A stretch of 64,000 nucleotides of DNA from Phoronis australis. Its lineage: Eukaryota; Animalia; Phoronida. A program made the translations under genes and the position numbers. A model generated the notes under the pieces. That model saw only the letters and a list, made by a program, of their open reading frames with translations. It was not told the origin of the DNA and searched no databases. Each line of letters begins with the position of its first letter. Positions within the stretch are counted from its first letter, which is position 1. The DNA lies in contig NMRA01000185.1 of the NCBI GenBank assembly GCA_002633005.1, positions 76,402 through 140,401 of the forward strand, in the 5' to 3' direction. Positions 54,501 to 63,281 of this stretch are shown in pieces.

Positions 54501-57500
54501 CTGACACCAAACAAGACGAACAACGAACCATAGTTGGTGAACATAACTGTCAACGGCACTGTCGCCAAATATACAGTAATTAATCACAGCACGTGGAAGA
54601 AATTGTCTAGTGACCAACCACATAATGAGGCAAAAATGGTCATCGTAATGGCTCCGGTGGTACGGAAGTGAGACCACATGAATCATTTGTTAGCGTGAGA
54701 GCGGATGATGAAACTATGCAATTGCCTATCCTTGTGGCAGATGGTCCGAATCTACTTGGACGTAATGGGTTAAACAAACTAAAGATCGATTGGGCAAACT
54801 TGTTTCATGTCCAGGGTGTGACTGGTGTGAGTGACGTGGACTGTTACGAGAAATTTCAGGAGTTGTTTACAGAGGAATTGGGCTATTATTCAGGCGGACA
54901 AATGTCATTAAACGTCAACTTGTCGTATCCACCGAAATACATGAAGGCTCGCCCTGTCCCATTTGCATTTTGAGACATAGTTCATGCCAAGCTTGAACGT
55001 CTGATCAGCAAGGGAGTATTAAAACGTATTGACTCATCGCAGTGCGTCACACCCATTGTGCCGGTTTTGAAGAATTTGGGGGATGTTCGTATTCCAAAAA
55101 CTGGCAGGCGGAAAACTGTTCTCAAACATTGATCTAAGCCACGCTTATCAACAAATCGAACTAACTGAGGCTGCCCAACGGTTAACGACCATTAACACAA
55201 TGAACCACGGACTATTGGCTTCTACCCATCTACCATATGGAATTTCGTGCACGCCCGGCATTTTTCAACGAACAATGAAACAAATTGTGCATAATGTACC
55301 TATGTGCGCCATGTACTTGGACGACATTGTTGGAGCAGGCCACAACGCGGTGGAAGATAAGAGGAATTTGGATCAGTTATTACAACGGCTCTTGGATAAC
55401 GGGTTTCGACTGCGGAGAGAAAAATGTTCGCTTGCGCAGTAGTTGGTGACTTATCTGGGACATTGTCTTGACGGCGAAGGGATCCGACTGACTGATGAAA
55501 AAGTTCGTGAATGCCCCACGACCTCAGGATCTATCGGAGTTACGCTCTTATCTGGTTTTTAATTAACTACTATCATAAGTTCTTACAGAACATTAGCTCA
55601 GTTGTGGCACCCCTTTATGCGTTGCTAGGCAACGGTGCCAAGTGGAAATGGGGAAAATCCGAGGAGGACGCTTTCCACAAATCGAAGGACTTACTCGTGT
55701 CCGAAAACGTTTTAGTACATTACCAGCCAGAGTTGTCATTGGTACTGTGTTGTGACGGATCACCCTTTGGGGTAGGTGCAGTATTGTCACATGTTATGCG
55801 TGATGGAACGGAACGGCCGATTGCTTTTCGCTGCGTGGCAGCTGCGGAGAAAAACAATGCAGTTAAACATTTTCATAATTATCTGTATAGACGCGTATTC
55901 ACTATCATCATGGATCACAAACTGTTACTCGGGATATTAAAGGAAGGTCACCCGATATTACCAACGCACAGTCCTCGAAAGCAATGTTGGTCATTGATGT
56001 TGTCAGCGTACCGCTACTGTCTGAATTTCAGACCCGGAGCGACTTTGTGCAATGCAGACACACTCAGTCGACTACCTTTGGAATTTAAGTATAACAAAAC
56101 CCCTGTGCCGGAGGAGGTTGTGTTGACTCTTGCACAACTTGACGCAACCACGTTTACCGTGCGTAACATTCGTCATTGGACTTTACAAGATCCAATACTA
56201 GCTACTGTATATAATTGCATACTGCAAGGATGGACGGAGGAAAACAACGAAACAATCACTCCGTATTTCCCACGGAAATTGGAACTGTCGTTACATGACG
56301 CAGGGTGCATTTTGTTGGGATCGCGTGTTGTGATTTCACCACAAGAGCGTAGCAGGGTACTCGAGGAATTACACGATTGGCATCCCGGTATCGTGCATAT
56401 GAAAAATTTGGCCCGGAGTGTGGTGTGGTGGCCAAATATAGATCACGACATTGAGCAATGTGTGTCACAATGTGCAACTTGTCAGGAAAGTAAACCGCTA
56501 CAGCAAAAACTGTCCATCCCTGGGAATGACCCAGAATACCGTGGCACCGTATTCACATAGACTACGTTGGACCAATACAAGGTAAATACATTCTGGTAAT
56601 AGTGGATGCTAACAGCAAATATGTGGACGCTTATATTACCGATAGCACATCGACCGAGGCTACTGTTAAACGACTATGTCAGTGGTTTGCAACACACGGA
56701 CTACAGGTTGTTATTGTGTCGGATAACGCGTCTGGTTTCACCAGTGTGGATTTTACCACGTTTTGTAAAAACAATGGCATCAAACACATTTGCAGCGCTC
56801 CGTATCACCTAGCCAGTAATGGGGCAGCCGAACGGGCTGTACAAACAATCAAGCAGGGCATAAAGAAACTGCGTGGTGATTTGGAGACACTACTGTATAA
56901 CTATTTAGCCAGATATCGGATTACACCACACTCGACTACTGGACGTTCACCGGCTGAGTTACTAATGTCTAGGAAACCACGTTCGCGTTTGGATTTGTTT
57001 GTGCCAGATGTGCGTCAGAAATTTCTTGATAAAGTCACCAACTGTCGACAAACATACCAGATCACGAGAGTTTTTCATCGGAGACACTGTTTACGCAATA
57101 AACTTTGGCGGCCTACCACGATGGCAGTGCTGTGTAATTATTGCCCAACAAGGACCGGTGTCTTACACGATTAAACTATATGACGGTCGCGAATTGCGAC
57201 GCCACGCAGGCCATATGTCACGTCGCATGCCGGACGAAAATGCTATTGTTAGTCTAAGGCAACTGGGAGAAGTGCCGATTTGGCAACAGAACTTGCCAAC
57301 GACGCATAGTAACGAGTTAGTTACAACACCAAATGATGTTCTAATGGAGAAAGGGGGCACGGACGTTACGCCTCCGACAATTTGAAAAGAACCTATCGAG
57401 AGTTCGATGTTGCTGGGGACCGGAAAGGACTGTGTTGTTACCCGCTGGGGACGACGTTTGATTCAGCCGCAAAGGCGTACGTTGTGAACTATTTCATTGA

Positions 57501-60500
57501 ACTTTTGCTTAATTGACATTTCTCTACTATAACGTAGTTAGTTAGATATCAGTCAGTGTTATTTTCGTGTACTTCCAGTAGCCTTATTGTGTTCAATCCC
57601 AGGGTAAAGGGATGTTATGTTATGTTATATTATGTTTACATTAGAGCAGTGACAATGCCACCTGGCGACTATCTGACTTTTTATATACTATTAGCCTGTA
57701 CACGTTTATTGCAGTAGTTTGGTGTCAGCGGTGAAATAAGTATGTTCTACGAACGATCTCTGGTATTACATACACAACAGTCGTGAATGCTGTTGAGGTT
57801 TTCATGAGTGGCGTTTGTGCTGCTTATGTGAAAGTGCTAGTGTTTTAGTCAGAGTATGAATGGGGCATCACGAGTCATGCCGTCAGTTAAGTCAGTTTGG
57901 GTGTTGTCTTGTTTTTAGCGGTTAAGATTGACTCAACGTAATACTTTTGTTACTTGAACGTGGTCAGCTGGAACGTATTTACCTAATTCCTAGACGTCTT
58001 ATCTCCTTCAATGGGATGGTGTTGACTACTACTAGTGGTGGAAACTCCGGTCACGTGGGATCTCGTTTATCTGGTTACATTGGCAACACTCTCATTTCTT
58101 GCCGATGACAGTTTGAATCTTGCTGACAGCACCTAGCTTATTGAGAAAAGGTTTTAGGGCTTGAATGACTCGACACAAGCTGATGGAGTGTTAGATCTGG
58201 TAGTGTAGTTGCCATTTAGATGATCTACCTACTCAGAAATGGTGGCAAGTTGGAGTGCCGTTTCAAAAGCCACTTTACAGATGCATGTGATCACAAAGTG
58301 ATATCCTGAGATTGGTCACACATCAAGCGCATTTGAGATGACCATTTTGGTAATAGTCTGATATAATGTTCTTGCATTTTGAGAACCAGTTTTCTCCACT
58401 GAATAACGGGCATTAACTGGTTCTCAAAATGTGGACAAGTTATATCAGACTGCCTTGACCCCCTTTTCATATAATTTTATACATGCAAGTGAAATGGGCC
58501 CAACTTGCCCCTCCTTGAGTATGAGTGATAAATTCCACACTGCTGTGTCAATTTGCACCATTACGATATTCAGTTTAGTTTTCTTGCTGAGTCAGTTTGC
58601 ATCATGTCAAAGATGATGTCTAAACAACATATGTGTTTGACTAACTATAACATGGTGACCCGTCAAATTTAGAAGGTATCACCAAAGCCAGTTTGCCTGT
58701 AAGTCAGTCGGGTCATATGTTTGGCAAATAACCATGTGGTGTTAAATATGAACCAAGCTTTACATTTAACCATTGCCTTAACCAAGTTTTAATTTAGTCC
58801 ACTTACCACTACATATTTGGTCTGGTCATGTTCCTTTAACTCACTTGAGAAGTGATTTCTGGGCTCGGATTAGTAACTGACAGTTCCGTTATTACTTCAA
58901 ACAAAGCTCGCAAAATTCCAGGTCACATTTGACTAAGGAACACTTTGATACCAATTCCTTAACCCTAAGTGCATGGTCTAAATCAAAAGTTGTTTTCTAA
59001 TCAATGAAGATGGATTTATAACAGCCTTAAAAGGGTACTAAACCCTGTTTTAATGATTGCAACCAATCTATGTTCTGTCACATGCTAATGCATCATTGGC
59101 ATCAATCTTGCAAGTTAAAGGCAGAAATCAATTTAATAAAACTCATCCTCCCTATGTCACAGATTGGACATTATGGTCCTCGTGTAATTGGCTAAAAACG
59201 TAGGTCACACTTACCCGTTTAGCACACTTTGAAAGGAGTTTTCAAATTTTCCTCCAAACTTTTGAGGGTTGTCGAGGGGTACCGAGCATTATTTCCTTAT
59301 TTTGTTTCAGAGTACAGGATGGGAAGTTGCTTTTGATATCTGTTAAAAGACCAAAACCGGGTTTAGTATCCTTTTAAGTAATTTGCTCTTTGGTTAGCTA
59401 AGTTGTCACGTCTGTAGCACTGAAACACTCTACACTCGTACTTTCCCTTGTCAACCCGTTCAGGTACTGTATTCGCCGGTGCTTTTTCTCCTGCCAATGG
59501 CTGTGACTACCTCAAAATATGACTTCTCTTTGCAGGCCCGCCGTTCACTCATATGGTCACCTGTTCACGGACTGCATTCACCAATGCCCTGTCTCCTGCC
59601 AAATGTTGTGGCTATCTCAAAATGTGACTTCTCTTCTTTACAGGCCCGCCGTTCACTCATATGACCACCTGTTCACGGACTGCATTCACTGGTGCTCTGT
59701 CTCCTGCTAGTGATCCACAACATTATGTCGCTTGCCTTCAGTATGTTTATAAAGATTACTCAGAGAGAGTGCCGCACATACCTCTCGTTGTCAACACCAT
59801 GGGTTGGAACCAAGGTACATCGGCGTGTTTATTCTTATCAGTGTAGTCTTCAGTCACGTAAATGTGAAAATAGTAATAATTAAAGGTTTCAGAGGTTATG
59901 CGCACTTTTTATAGTGAAAACAACATGATGTTGACATCCTGTGGTTTTCACCGTTTATGAATAGTTTTGCTGTCGTAGGGTGTGGTTGAGTCTTACTGCC
60001 GCTGTAATTTAACTGTTTGTCATTAATTAGATTACCACTTAACAATGCTTTTGTCATAAATGCTTTCTAATAAATGACTAAACTGTGTTTTTAAAGTTCT
60101 AGTGAGATATGGTATTCAGGGGCTATGTTTTGTCAAAAGTCATACGCCTAATGGAGACTGTAAACACATCACTGTCCTCTAGAAAGGAGCAGAACATTTC
60201 AGCTAGCCTAAACGCACCGTGTAGACAATATTTAATCTCTACGACCATCGTCATAAACCACTTCAGTTGTCTGGTTCCCTGTCGTAATTAAGATTCAATG
60301 GCCTTCTTCGAAATGACAGCCGTAAGGTTTTTCCCTGACGGAGTCATGGTCTTCTGCTGATTGTGTTTGAAAACTATTTACATTTTTGCAGTCAGTACGT
60401 ATTCTCTAAATAATAGGATTTATTAGGTATTCACTCATTTGATAAGTAATTTTCTATGTTTTCTACATAAATTTGTCTTTCTGTCCTTTGGTTTCCTTGG

Positions 60501-63281
60501 ATACCTGTTTCGTGATTGCCTTTTGTATTGTCGTTTACTAATTGACAGAATTTTTCATTTGAAATGCGTTTGGGGAATGATTTTGTCGACACACTTATTT
60601 GTTGTGATTCATTCGAAACATTTGAATGTCGTCTTACTTTCAGACTACAGTTACGCAATACAAAATACAAGTCTTAGAACTTAGTAAAATTGGGCAAACT
60701 GTGCCAGTAGTAGTACTATGCTGTTGAATTTTCAAGTATCAAATAGTGTTATGACAGTTATAAGTATGAGTCTACGGACTACTATTTCTATGATGCTCTG
60801 TATATGGTGAAGTGGAACTCATTTCACCGAATTATAATAACAACTATGGAAGGAAGCAGTTTTGTGCAAAATTGCGTATTTGTGTTCAGTATAATCATTT
60901 TGTCTAATCTGATCTTTGTTTATCTAATGTTTATATTATTCTTATGTTTTCTTTCTCTCCAGGTCTGGGGCTGGTGTTTATGTCTGACACTCTAAGGCTG
61001 GTGCGACCATCACTGGTGGTACAGTTGGATAGTGCTAGTCGGAACAGGAACTTTCCCCCATTGACAAGTGGATTTGTGTGTCGAACACTCGGATTGTTGG
61101 ATAGAACCCAGGTTTGTTGAGTGATTCATTGTTGAGTGCTTCAGTGGGAATTATAGGTAACCTTTTTCAACTTCATACACAACAGTGTGGAAAAGTGGGA
61201 TTTTTTTATTGTCGAAATTCTCAAAAGGATAATCGAGGAAAGTTGACCTTAATTTTATTGCCAACGATTTCTATATCTAAGTCTGCTAGGCATACACAAG
61301 AAAGACCTTTGCTTCAGAAAATGTGTACGTGATTGAATCCATAAATGTTTAGCAGTTTTGTTGGAAATGGACATTACAACGTCATCAAATACAAAACTAA
61401 TTTTCATTCTCTGATTTGTTGCCTGTAAGGACCATTATTCAGATGTTCAATTGAAAGTGCATATTTAGTGTTGGATATTTTCAGGAAGGTTGTCTTAATA
61501 GATAAGTGTTCAGTTTCAATCAATGCCAAATTAATTACTCTAAGAAATTGAAGAAGCTTTTTAGTTCCTTTGAGGTTATACACACTGTTAATGCTTTTTT
61601 TGTTCTGAAGCTGATGCACAAAGTTAGCTTAAATAGATCTTCATGGAAATGTTGAAGCTTTATTGTACTTGCTGAAGACCAGTCACAGTAATATTACCTC
61701 GTGTGAAACCAGAGGCAGGCCTAGTTTAAAAGGACACCAAACCTGCCTCCCGTTCAGTAATTCTAGAACCTCGCTAAAAAGCAAGACTTTGAGAGATTAC
61801 GTGAGATATTGCCTTGTATTTTAGATGAGAACACGTGACTTTGGCTAGATTTTAGCTAGGTCCTAGCGTAGGTCCCAGTGTTATTGAACGCACGCCCGGT
61901 TTTAACCTATTAATAGATACCAAAAACGACTTTCCCATCGAGTACCCCGAAACGAAATATATCTCTGTAACCCTAGACACACCTGAAAAGTGTGGAAGAT
62001 ATTTGAAAAAACTCATTCCAAAGTCGGTTAACTGGGCAAGCATGACCTAGTGCGCTTTTAGAGAATTAGATGGCAAATGCGGGACGAGACCATTCGCCAA
62101 GGACCATGATAACCGCTTTGTTACATAAATTAGGGAGAATGACTTTTAGTAGATTCCTGCCATTAACTTGTAAGACTGCCGCCAAGGATGCTTTAGCAAG
62201 TTACAGAATGAGAATTGGTTGAATTCGTCATAGCAGGGTTTAGTATCTTTTCAATTTACTAATTATAGTTGACGGAAGAAGATAGCGAGCACGACTTGCT
62301 GATTATCGACTCGCCAAACGATTTCAATAAACAGTAAGTATTGCTTTTGTTATAGTTGTGGAGAATAGCAGTGTTCCTTTTTAATTATGCTGTACGTAAG
62401 TCTATAGTGATTCTGTTTTAAAGAAGATATAGTGAGATACATTGTACACACAGTTGATCTCTGTTTTTGCAGTCACATGAGCACGCGCGCCCACACTCAT
62501 AACTCATATTGTGTGGTCACAGAATTTATTGTTGTCATTCTGTGCGGGTGTTCACTCAATATTTCTGAATCTGGCTTAGTTCAAGGTGGCGTACTAGTAA
62601 ATTGCAAGATTTATCAATAAGATTTTAGGAATTACGGTAAAAATTCTTCAATCTGGAACATAAGTAATTCTCAAAATTGAAAATTGCTTTATTTCTGTTT
62701 TTCAGCACTTACCGCATTGCTGCAAATATTCAAACTTTTACCAAAATGGTGCTTGGTAATACCTATGCTGTATAAAGCGTGGTAAAAGCAAATCAAATTT
62801 TCCTGTAAAGTTATTTTGTTGAGAAATTTGACAACGTGAAATTTCACGTCTGCCATATTGTGTCTCCAACTGCAGAAATTTTACACTAGTGTGCTGTCAC
62901 GTGACATGGAATTGTAGACTTTTTATTTGAAAACGAAAGGAATATGCTAGACATCTAGTAAATTTCCAGAAATTTGACAGCGAAATTAAAATGACAAAAA
63001 TTAAGCGTTCGACTTTTTATTTAGTTGCTCGTTTGTTTATTTACTTATTACACAGAAAGCTGGACCACTTTGGCGCGGTAGATTTCCGCAACTTGGCCAT
63101 CCAGGCCTACTTTGCACCTGTGCTGACATCTGGTGTTATGTTTCTCAATGCTGTAAAGCCTTATGTCGTGCCATGGAGTGCTGTTGCTGTCCATGTCTGT
63201 CACGTGACTGTACCACGTGACCAATTGATGCTGTGTCTCAGTGGAACAGTCGTCGCCTTGTGCAATATTGATTCTGCTCTG
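2854..63281 (+). CDS. NOL9: Polynucleotide 5'-hydroxyl-kinase NOL9/Grc3 (Clp1 family), multi-exon, 3'-incomplete. Model: join(2854-2874,3721-4616,5497-6053,21523-21610,21939-22036,59644-59814,60963-61111,62269-62333,63056-63281,...)
   Basis: Nine GT-AG-bounded exons join in frame (phases 0,2,1,2,1,1,0,2,0; 2271 nt). Translation contains Walker A CGGKNSGKST followed by LVRFLVNSLLN, Walker B region LDCDPGQTEFTVPG, EPLLGPPFTH, clasp PLVVNTMGW, and C-terminal KPYVVPWSAVAVHV...VVALC. These match the order of NOL9 motifs as I know them. Confidence 0.92.
3721..4616 (+). CDS. NOL9: NOL9 exon 2: long S/K/R-rich low-complexity N-terminal extension
   Basis: Acceptor ttattgtcag|, open frame (ORF 3760-4620), donor AG|gtaaac; phase 2 fits the next exon. 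Confidence 0.8.
5497..6053 (+). CDS. NOL9: NOL9 exon 3: N-terminal beta domain (FCIRGRVSLQALHGCVSVHGH...IFSP)
   Basis: Acceptor ctccatttcag|, ORF 5504-6082, donor G|gtgagt. Confidence 0.88.
6500..6612 (+). mobile_element. 5' fragment of the HINE-like family at 17678-20125
   Basis: gtgcccacat...atatgggcac hairpin followed by attatgccgtcatc...tgtccgt, matching the 5' end of the 17678 element. Confidence 0.6.
8945..9325 (+). pseudogene. Degenerate Ty3/Gypsy reverse transcriptase fragment
   Basis: Hand translation with stops and frameshifts: GYYQIKL, IAFNTSAG, KLPMGLKSSPEIYQGAM, IVMDDILIH, GLKLSLNK. Confidence 0.7.
9360..10300 (+). pseudogene. Highly decayed non-LTR (CR1/L2-like) reverse transcriptase fragment
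   Basis: Motif remnants in order: KISKVISVFK..NPDNY, HSTKFALLEL, AFDTLDHKIL, VSQGSILGALFLIY, YVDG, NSLVLSHLNY. Confidence 0.65.
11643..12743 (+). repeat. Copy 1 of a ~1.1-kb near-identical duplication, ending at the gap
   Basis: Matches 14107-15220 with scattered substitutions and one ~13-bp indel. Confidence 0.92.
12744..13659. other. Assembly gap (916 N)
   Basis: Run of N. Confidence 1.
14107..15220 (+). repeat. Copy 2 of the ~1.1-kb duplication
   Basis: Matches 11643-12743. Confidence 0.92.
17678..20125 (+). mobile_element. Non-autonomous Helentron-derived (HINE/DINE-1-like) element with internal satellite array
   Basis: T-run, 5' subTIR ATGCGCCCAC (17683-17692), nearby inverted copy (17703-17712), (ccgt/gtcc)-type microsatellite, tandem array, 3' subTIR GTGGGCGCAT (20091-20100), 3' hairpin CAACGC-tct-GCGTTG (20103-20117), then ctcttgtt. 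Confidence 0.8.
17870..19740 (+). repeat. Tandem array, ~4 copies of a ~451-bp unit built from three ~150-bp diverged subunits
   Basis: catgaaatttgg anchors at 17951, 18404, 18856, 19306; ..ccnctagtggc.. recurs about every 150 bp. Confidence 0.93.
21523..21610 (+). CDS. NOL9: NOL9 exon 4: P-loop (RVPVVVVCGGKNSGKSTLVRFLVNSLLN)
   Basis: Acceptor ttcatttcag|, donor |gtaagt; not in the ORF track, translated by hand. Confidence 0.93.
21939..22036 (+). CDS. NOL9: NOL9 exon 5 (TSSVGVLDCDPGQTEFTVPGCVSFTTVQEPLLG)
   Basis: Acceptor tctgttgcag|, donor G|gtaagt; Clp1/Nol9 DxDxGQ motif. Confidence 0.93.
23309..24478 (+). repeat. ~1.2-kb interspersed repeat, copy A (probably a non-autonomous DNA transposon)
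   Basis: Colinear reverse-complement match to 40714-41904; one end reads TA+CCGTGAATAA (Tc2/pogo-like). Confidence 0.85.
26151..26643. mobile_element. MITE (493 bp) with ~129-bp TIRs, CAC...GTG termini; tentatively Transib-like
   Basis: 26151-26279 is the reverse complement of 26516-26643; flanks cttat/gttat (4/5 match, possible 5-bp TSD); TIRs are built from ~21-bp aaaacaggaccg-like subrepeats. Confidence 0.7.
30040..31110 (+). repeat. Old degenerate tandem array (alternating ~125-145 and ~165-180 bp subunits)
   Basis: agcgttt(c/t)ggatgatat-like anchor recurs about seven times, with gtggccattttg motifs. Confidence 0.65.
31680..31994 (-). mobile_element. Single-ended fragment of the inner Kolobok family (TIR plus THAP start)
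   Basis: Reverse-complement match to 43009-43320; ends ...GGTTGCCTTCGCCT+TTAA. Confidence 0.85.
33519..33580 (+). repeat. (CA)n microsatellite
   Basis: Seen directly. Confidence 0.95.
35369..36613 (-). CDS. Intronless rhodopsin-like (class A) 7TM GPCR, orphan, nested antisense in NOL9 intron 5
   Basis: Intact 414-aa ORF with seven hydrophobic segments, N-terminal NxT sequons, TM1 GxxxN, ICL1 LRTVVN, TM2 Asp, TM3 Cys, TM5 SY, TM6 SYLP, TM7 NP. Confidence 0.88.
   Translation of the reverse strand: MFVSTTTAAIMTEELKFNLTMSSASANTTVSVVQLDYQTMFGIKVTSLLLLVLTLVFGTISNCGIAATIQKYPELRTVVNRILLFMSVIDTFITTVDTSMQIVRAANDFKPMSEAFCRALYFLIYMMGESIGVLVTEIAVVSLLKLRFPATLRRLSYRQSSNICLVVALTMGLLGGIYNDLAPRYPVQVCYKSHLQLVQGRVPINTITVAASLSITIISYTWICFIAIKQYRALHSWVSLGTKLSKQDKQRNKKRIDLATLKSTSAIILCHLVSYLPIAVISVLEFAYGYNKLLHVAYLVNTTTSLFFVGMWNPLMFVISSSILKKYLRKFAENTSEQCRKAISIGAKDENQQKKNCESSASRVDRPSGHIRIEKQDGDRLPSSEMEKHSKELGQEFVLLTNQSNGQVTKVNTI
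38301..39261. mobile_element. PIF/Harbinger-like MITE (961 bp)
   Basis: TIR AGGCCCTGTCACACCTTGACGATTTAGCCAGC... / ...GCTGGCTAAATCGTCAAGGTGTGACAGGGCCT; TAA on both flanks (38298-38300, 39262-39264); many subterminal tacg/cgta repeats. Confidence 0.85.
40714..41904 (-). repeat. ~1.2-kb interspersed repeat, copy B (inverted relative to 23309-24478), inside the outer Kolobok
   Basis: Reverse-complement colinear match to copy A. Confidence 0.85.
42042..42338 (+). pseudogene. KolX / P2X7-ballast-like Cys-rich gene remnant of the outer Kolobok
   Basis: Hand translation: SYQFKSEFTDQE...ENR*IDLSWCQCANRMIMETTDSCVCCHKIPQV...*MCLKDHPDF; stops at 42186 and 42297. Confidence 0.75.
42625..42880 (-). pseudogene. 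THAP zinc-finger (transposase N-terminus) remnant of the outer Kolobok
   Basis: MKWCIVPACVN..., a +1 frameshift in a T-run near 42816, then FRFPREQTMLRKW...VCDLHF (C2CH THAP signature). Confidence 0.8.
43274..44065 (+). pseudogene. THAP-domain transposase 5' part (catalytic DDE region deleted)
   Basis: MPHCCCVPGC..LHHFP..RRTW..VCGKHF..LKKDAIPSV. ORF 43625 is in the same frame after two TGA codons and carries KFIVDLSKVLEVFRRCQVCG; a frameshift near 43990 leads to GHSGKWDS. Confidence 0.85.
44065..44369 (-). pseudogene. KolX / P2X7-ballast-like Cys-rich protein, 3'-truncated by the internal deletion
   Basis: MAGVG...GYMFEPQY...ENRRGDTSWCKCTLCVVMPTSMECLCCSEF. Confidence 0.8.
46397..47909 (+). 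mobile_element. Tc1/mariner (Tc2/pogo-like) MITE copy 2, intact ends
   Basis: TA+CCGTATTCGCAGTAATAA ... TTATTACGGCGAATACGG+TA. Confidence 0.85.
49153..49180 (+). repeat. (GGT)n microsatellite
   Basis: Seen directly. Confidence 0.9.
53449..53598 (+). repeat. 5' LTR (150 bp)
   Basis: TGTTATG...CACAACA; matches 57613-57779. Confidence 0.92.
53602..53614 (+). other. Primer-binding site, probably tRNA-Ser type
   Basis: TGGTGACAAGGAT 3 nt after the 5' LTR; two transitions away from TGGCGACGAGGAT (complement of the tRNA-Ser(GCU) 3' end, from memory). Confidence 0.6.
53632..57385 (+). pseudogene. gag-pol pseudogene (gag, RT, RNase H, integrase) with many stops, frameshifts and deletions
   Basis: IDLSHAYQQ, LPYGIS..PGIFQR, YLDD; CDGSPFGVGAVLSH; LHDWHPG..C..C; HIDYVGP, VSDNASGF, SNGAAERAVQT. 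Confidence 0.93.
57613..57779 (+). repeat. 3' LTR (167 bp), preceded by PPT agggtaaaggga (57601-57612)
   Basis: Matches the 5' LTR with a ~18-bp extra segment. Confidence 0.92.
59031..59373. mobile_element. TTAA-flanked MITE (343 bp), Kolobok-like RR...YY ends
   Basis: TTAA+AAGGGTACTAAACCC ... GGGTTTAGTATCCTT+TTAA. Confidence 0.7.
59452..59708 (+). repeat. ~108-bp tandem repeat (~2.4 copies) straddling the NOL9 intron 5/exon 6 boundary
   Basis: gacttctctt...caggcccgccgttcactcatatg occurs with AG at 59534-59535 and at 59642-59643; partial older copy at ~59452-59520. Confidence 0.88.
59644..59814 (+). CDS. NOL9: NOL9 exon 6 (GPPFTH...PLVVNTMGWNQ)
   Basis: Acceptor tctttacag|, donor G|gtacat; continues EPLL-G-PPFTH across the 37.6-kb intron. 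Confidence 0.92.
60963..61111 (+). CDS. NOL9: NOL9 exon 7 (GLGLVFMSDTLRLVRPSLVVQL...)
   Basis: Strong polypyrimidine acceptor ctttctctccag|, donor CAG|gtttgt. Confidence 0.9.
61730..62250. mobile_element. Probable older MITE related to the 59031 family
   Basis: TTAA+AAGGACACCAAACCTGC ... GCAGGGTTTAGTATCTTT+TCAA (imperfect). Confidence 0.45.
62269..62333 (+). CDS. NOL9: NOL9 exon 8 (LTEEDSEHDLLIIDSPNDFNK)
   Basis: Acceptor tactaattatag|, donor CA|gtaagt; supplies the phase 0 to phase 2 bridge needed between exons 7 and 9. Confidence 0.75.
63056..63281 (+). CDS. NOL9: NOL9 exon 9 (KLDHFGAVDFRNLAIQAYF...KPYVVPWSAVAVHVCH...VVALCNIDSAL)
   Basis: Acceptor ttattacacag|, donor CTG|gtaagg, within ORF 62991-63293. 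Confidence 0.88.

Larger units (their letters stand above)
53449..57779 (+). mobile_element. Full-length, decayed Ty3/Gypsy LTR retrotransposon (4331 bp; Mag-like)
   Basis: Two TG...CA LTRs, TSD GTCG (53445-53448, 57780-57783), PBS, PPT, and gag-RT-RNaseH-integrase order. Confidence 0.95.
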
